From Toensbergia leucococca (Eukaryota): a stretch of 63,809 nucleotides of DNA. Position 1 is the first letter of the stretch. The number at the start of each line of letters is the position of its first letter. The stretch covers positions 1 to 63,809 of the forward strand of contig JALDZS010000140.1 in assembly GCA_022813965.1 (NCBI GenBank), given 5' to 3'. Below the pieces are notes generated by a model. It ran no database searches. It was not told the DNA's origin and was given only the letters and a program-made list of their open reading frames with translations. Shown in pieces: positions 63,704 to 63,809 of the stretch. Position numbers and translations under genes: made by a program.

Positions 63704-63809
63704 TAAGGGTTAGGGTTAGGGTTAGGGTTAGGGTTAGGGTTAGGGTTAGGGTTAGGGTTAGGGTTAGGGTTAGGGTTAGGGTTAGGGTTAGGGTTAGGGT
63801 TAGGGTTAG
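63704..63809 (+). repeat. Telomere (TTAGGG)n
   Basis: One TAAGGG variant, then 16 perfect TTAGGG units plus TTAG to the end of the window. Confidence 0.99.

Overview
Right-hand end of a chromosome from a filamentous ascomycete (Pezizomycotina; short GT-AG introns with CTRAC-type branch points). It ends in a ~2.4 kb AT-rich hypermutated block and a (TTAGGG)n telomere. Housekeeping and metabolic genes are present: PLP aminotransferase, epimerase-like, NmrA-like, RidA, 2-methylcitrate dehydratase, DUF3237, an ABCC transporter and tRNA-Lys(UUU). They are interspersed with many genes resembling fungal cell-death/non-self-recognition proteins. These are (i) a HeLo-like N-terminal domain fused to an atypical G-alpha; (ii) a kinase-HeLo-like-pseudokinase protein head-to-head with a CorA-like membrane gene; (iii) a kinase-TPR protein with no NOD domain; (iv) a zinc-finger/P-loop GTPase-like/RING/patatin protein; and (v) a decayed HeLo-like-ankyrin gene. 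Both kinase genes carry a single in-frame TAG just after the start codon. A full-length Tc1/mariner (DD34E) relic shows a non-canonical RIP-like signature (CpC->TpC and CpG->TpG, CpA spared). Also present are a MITE, an atypical P450 bracketed by inverted repeats next to a methyltransferase, a telomere-adjacent zinc-ribbon repeat gene, and strong C-rich/G-rich skew waves. All domain calls are by eye from motifs, without database searches, and exon boundaries are manual predictions.
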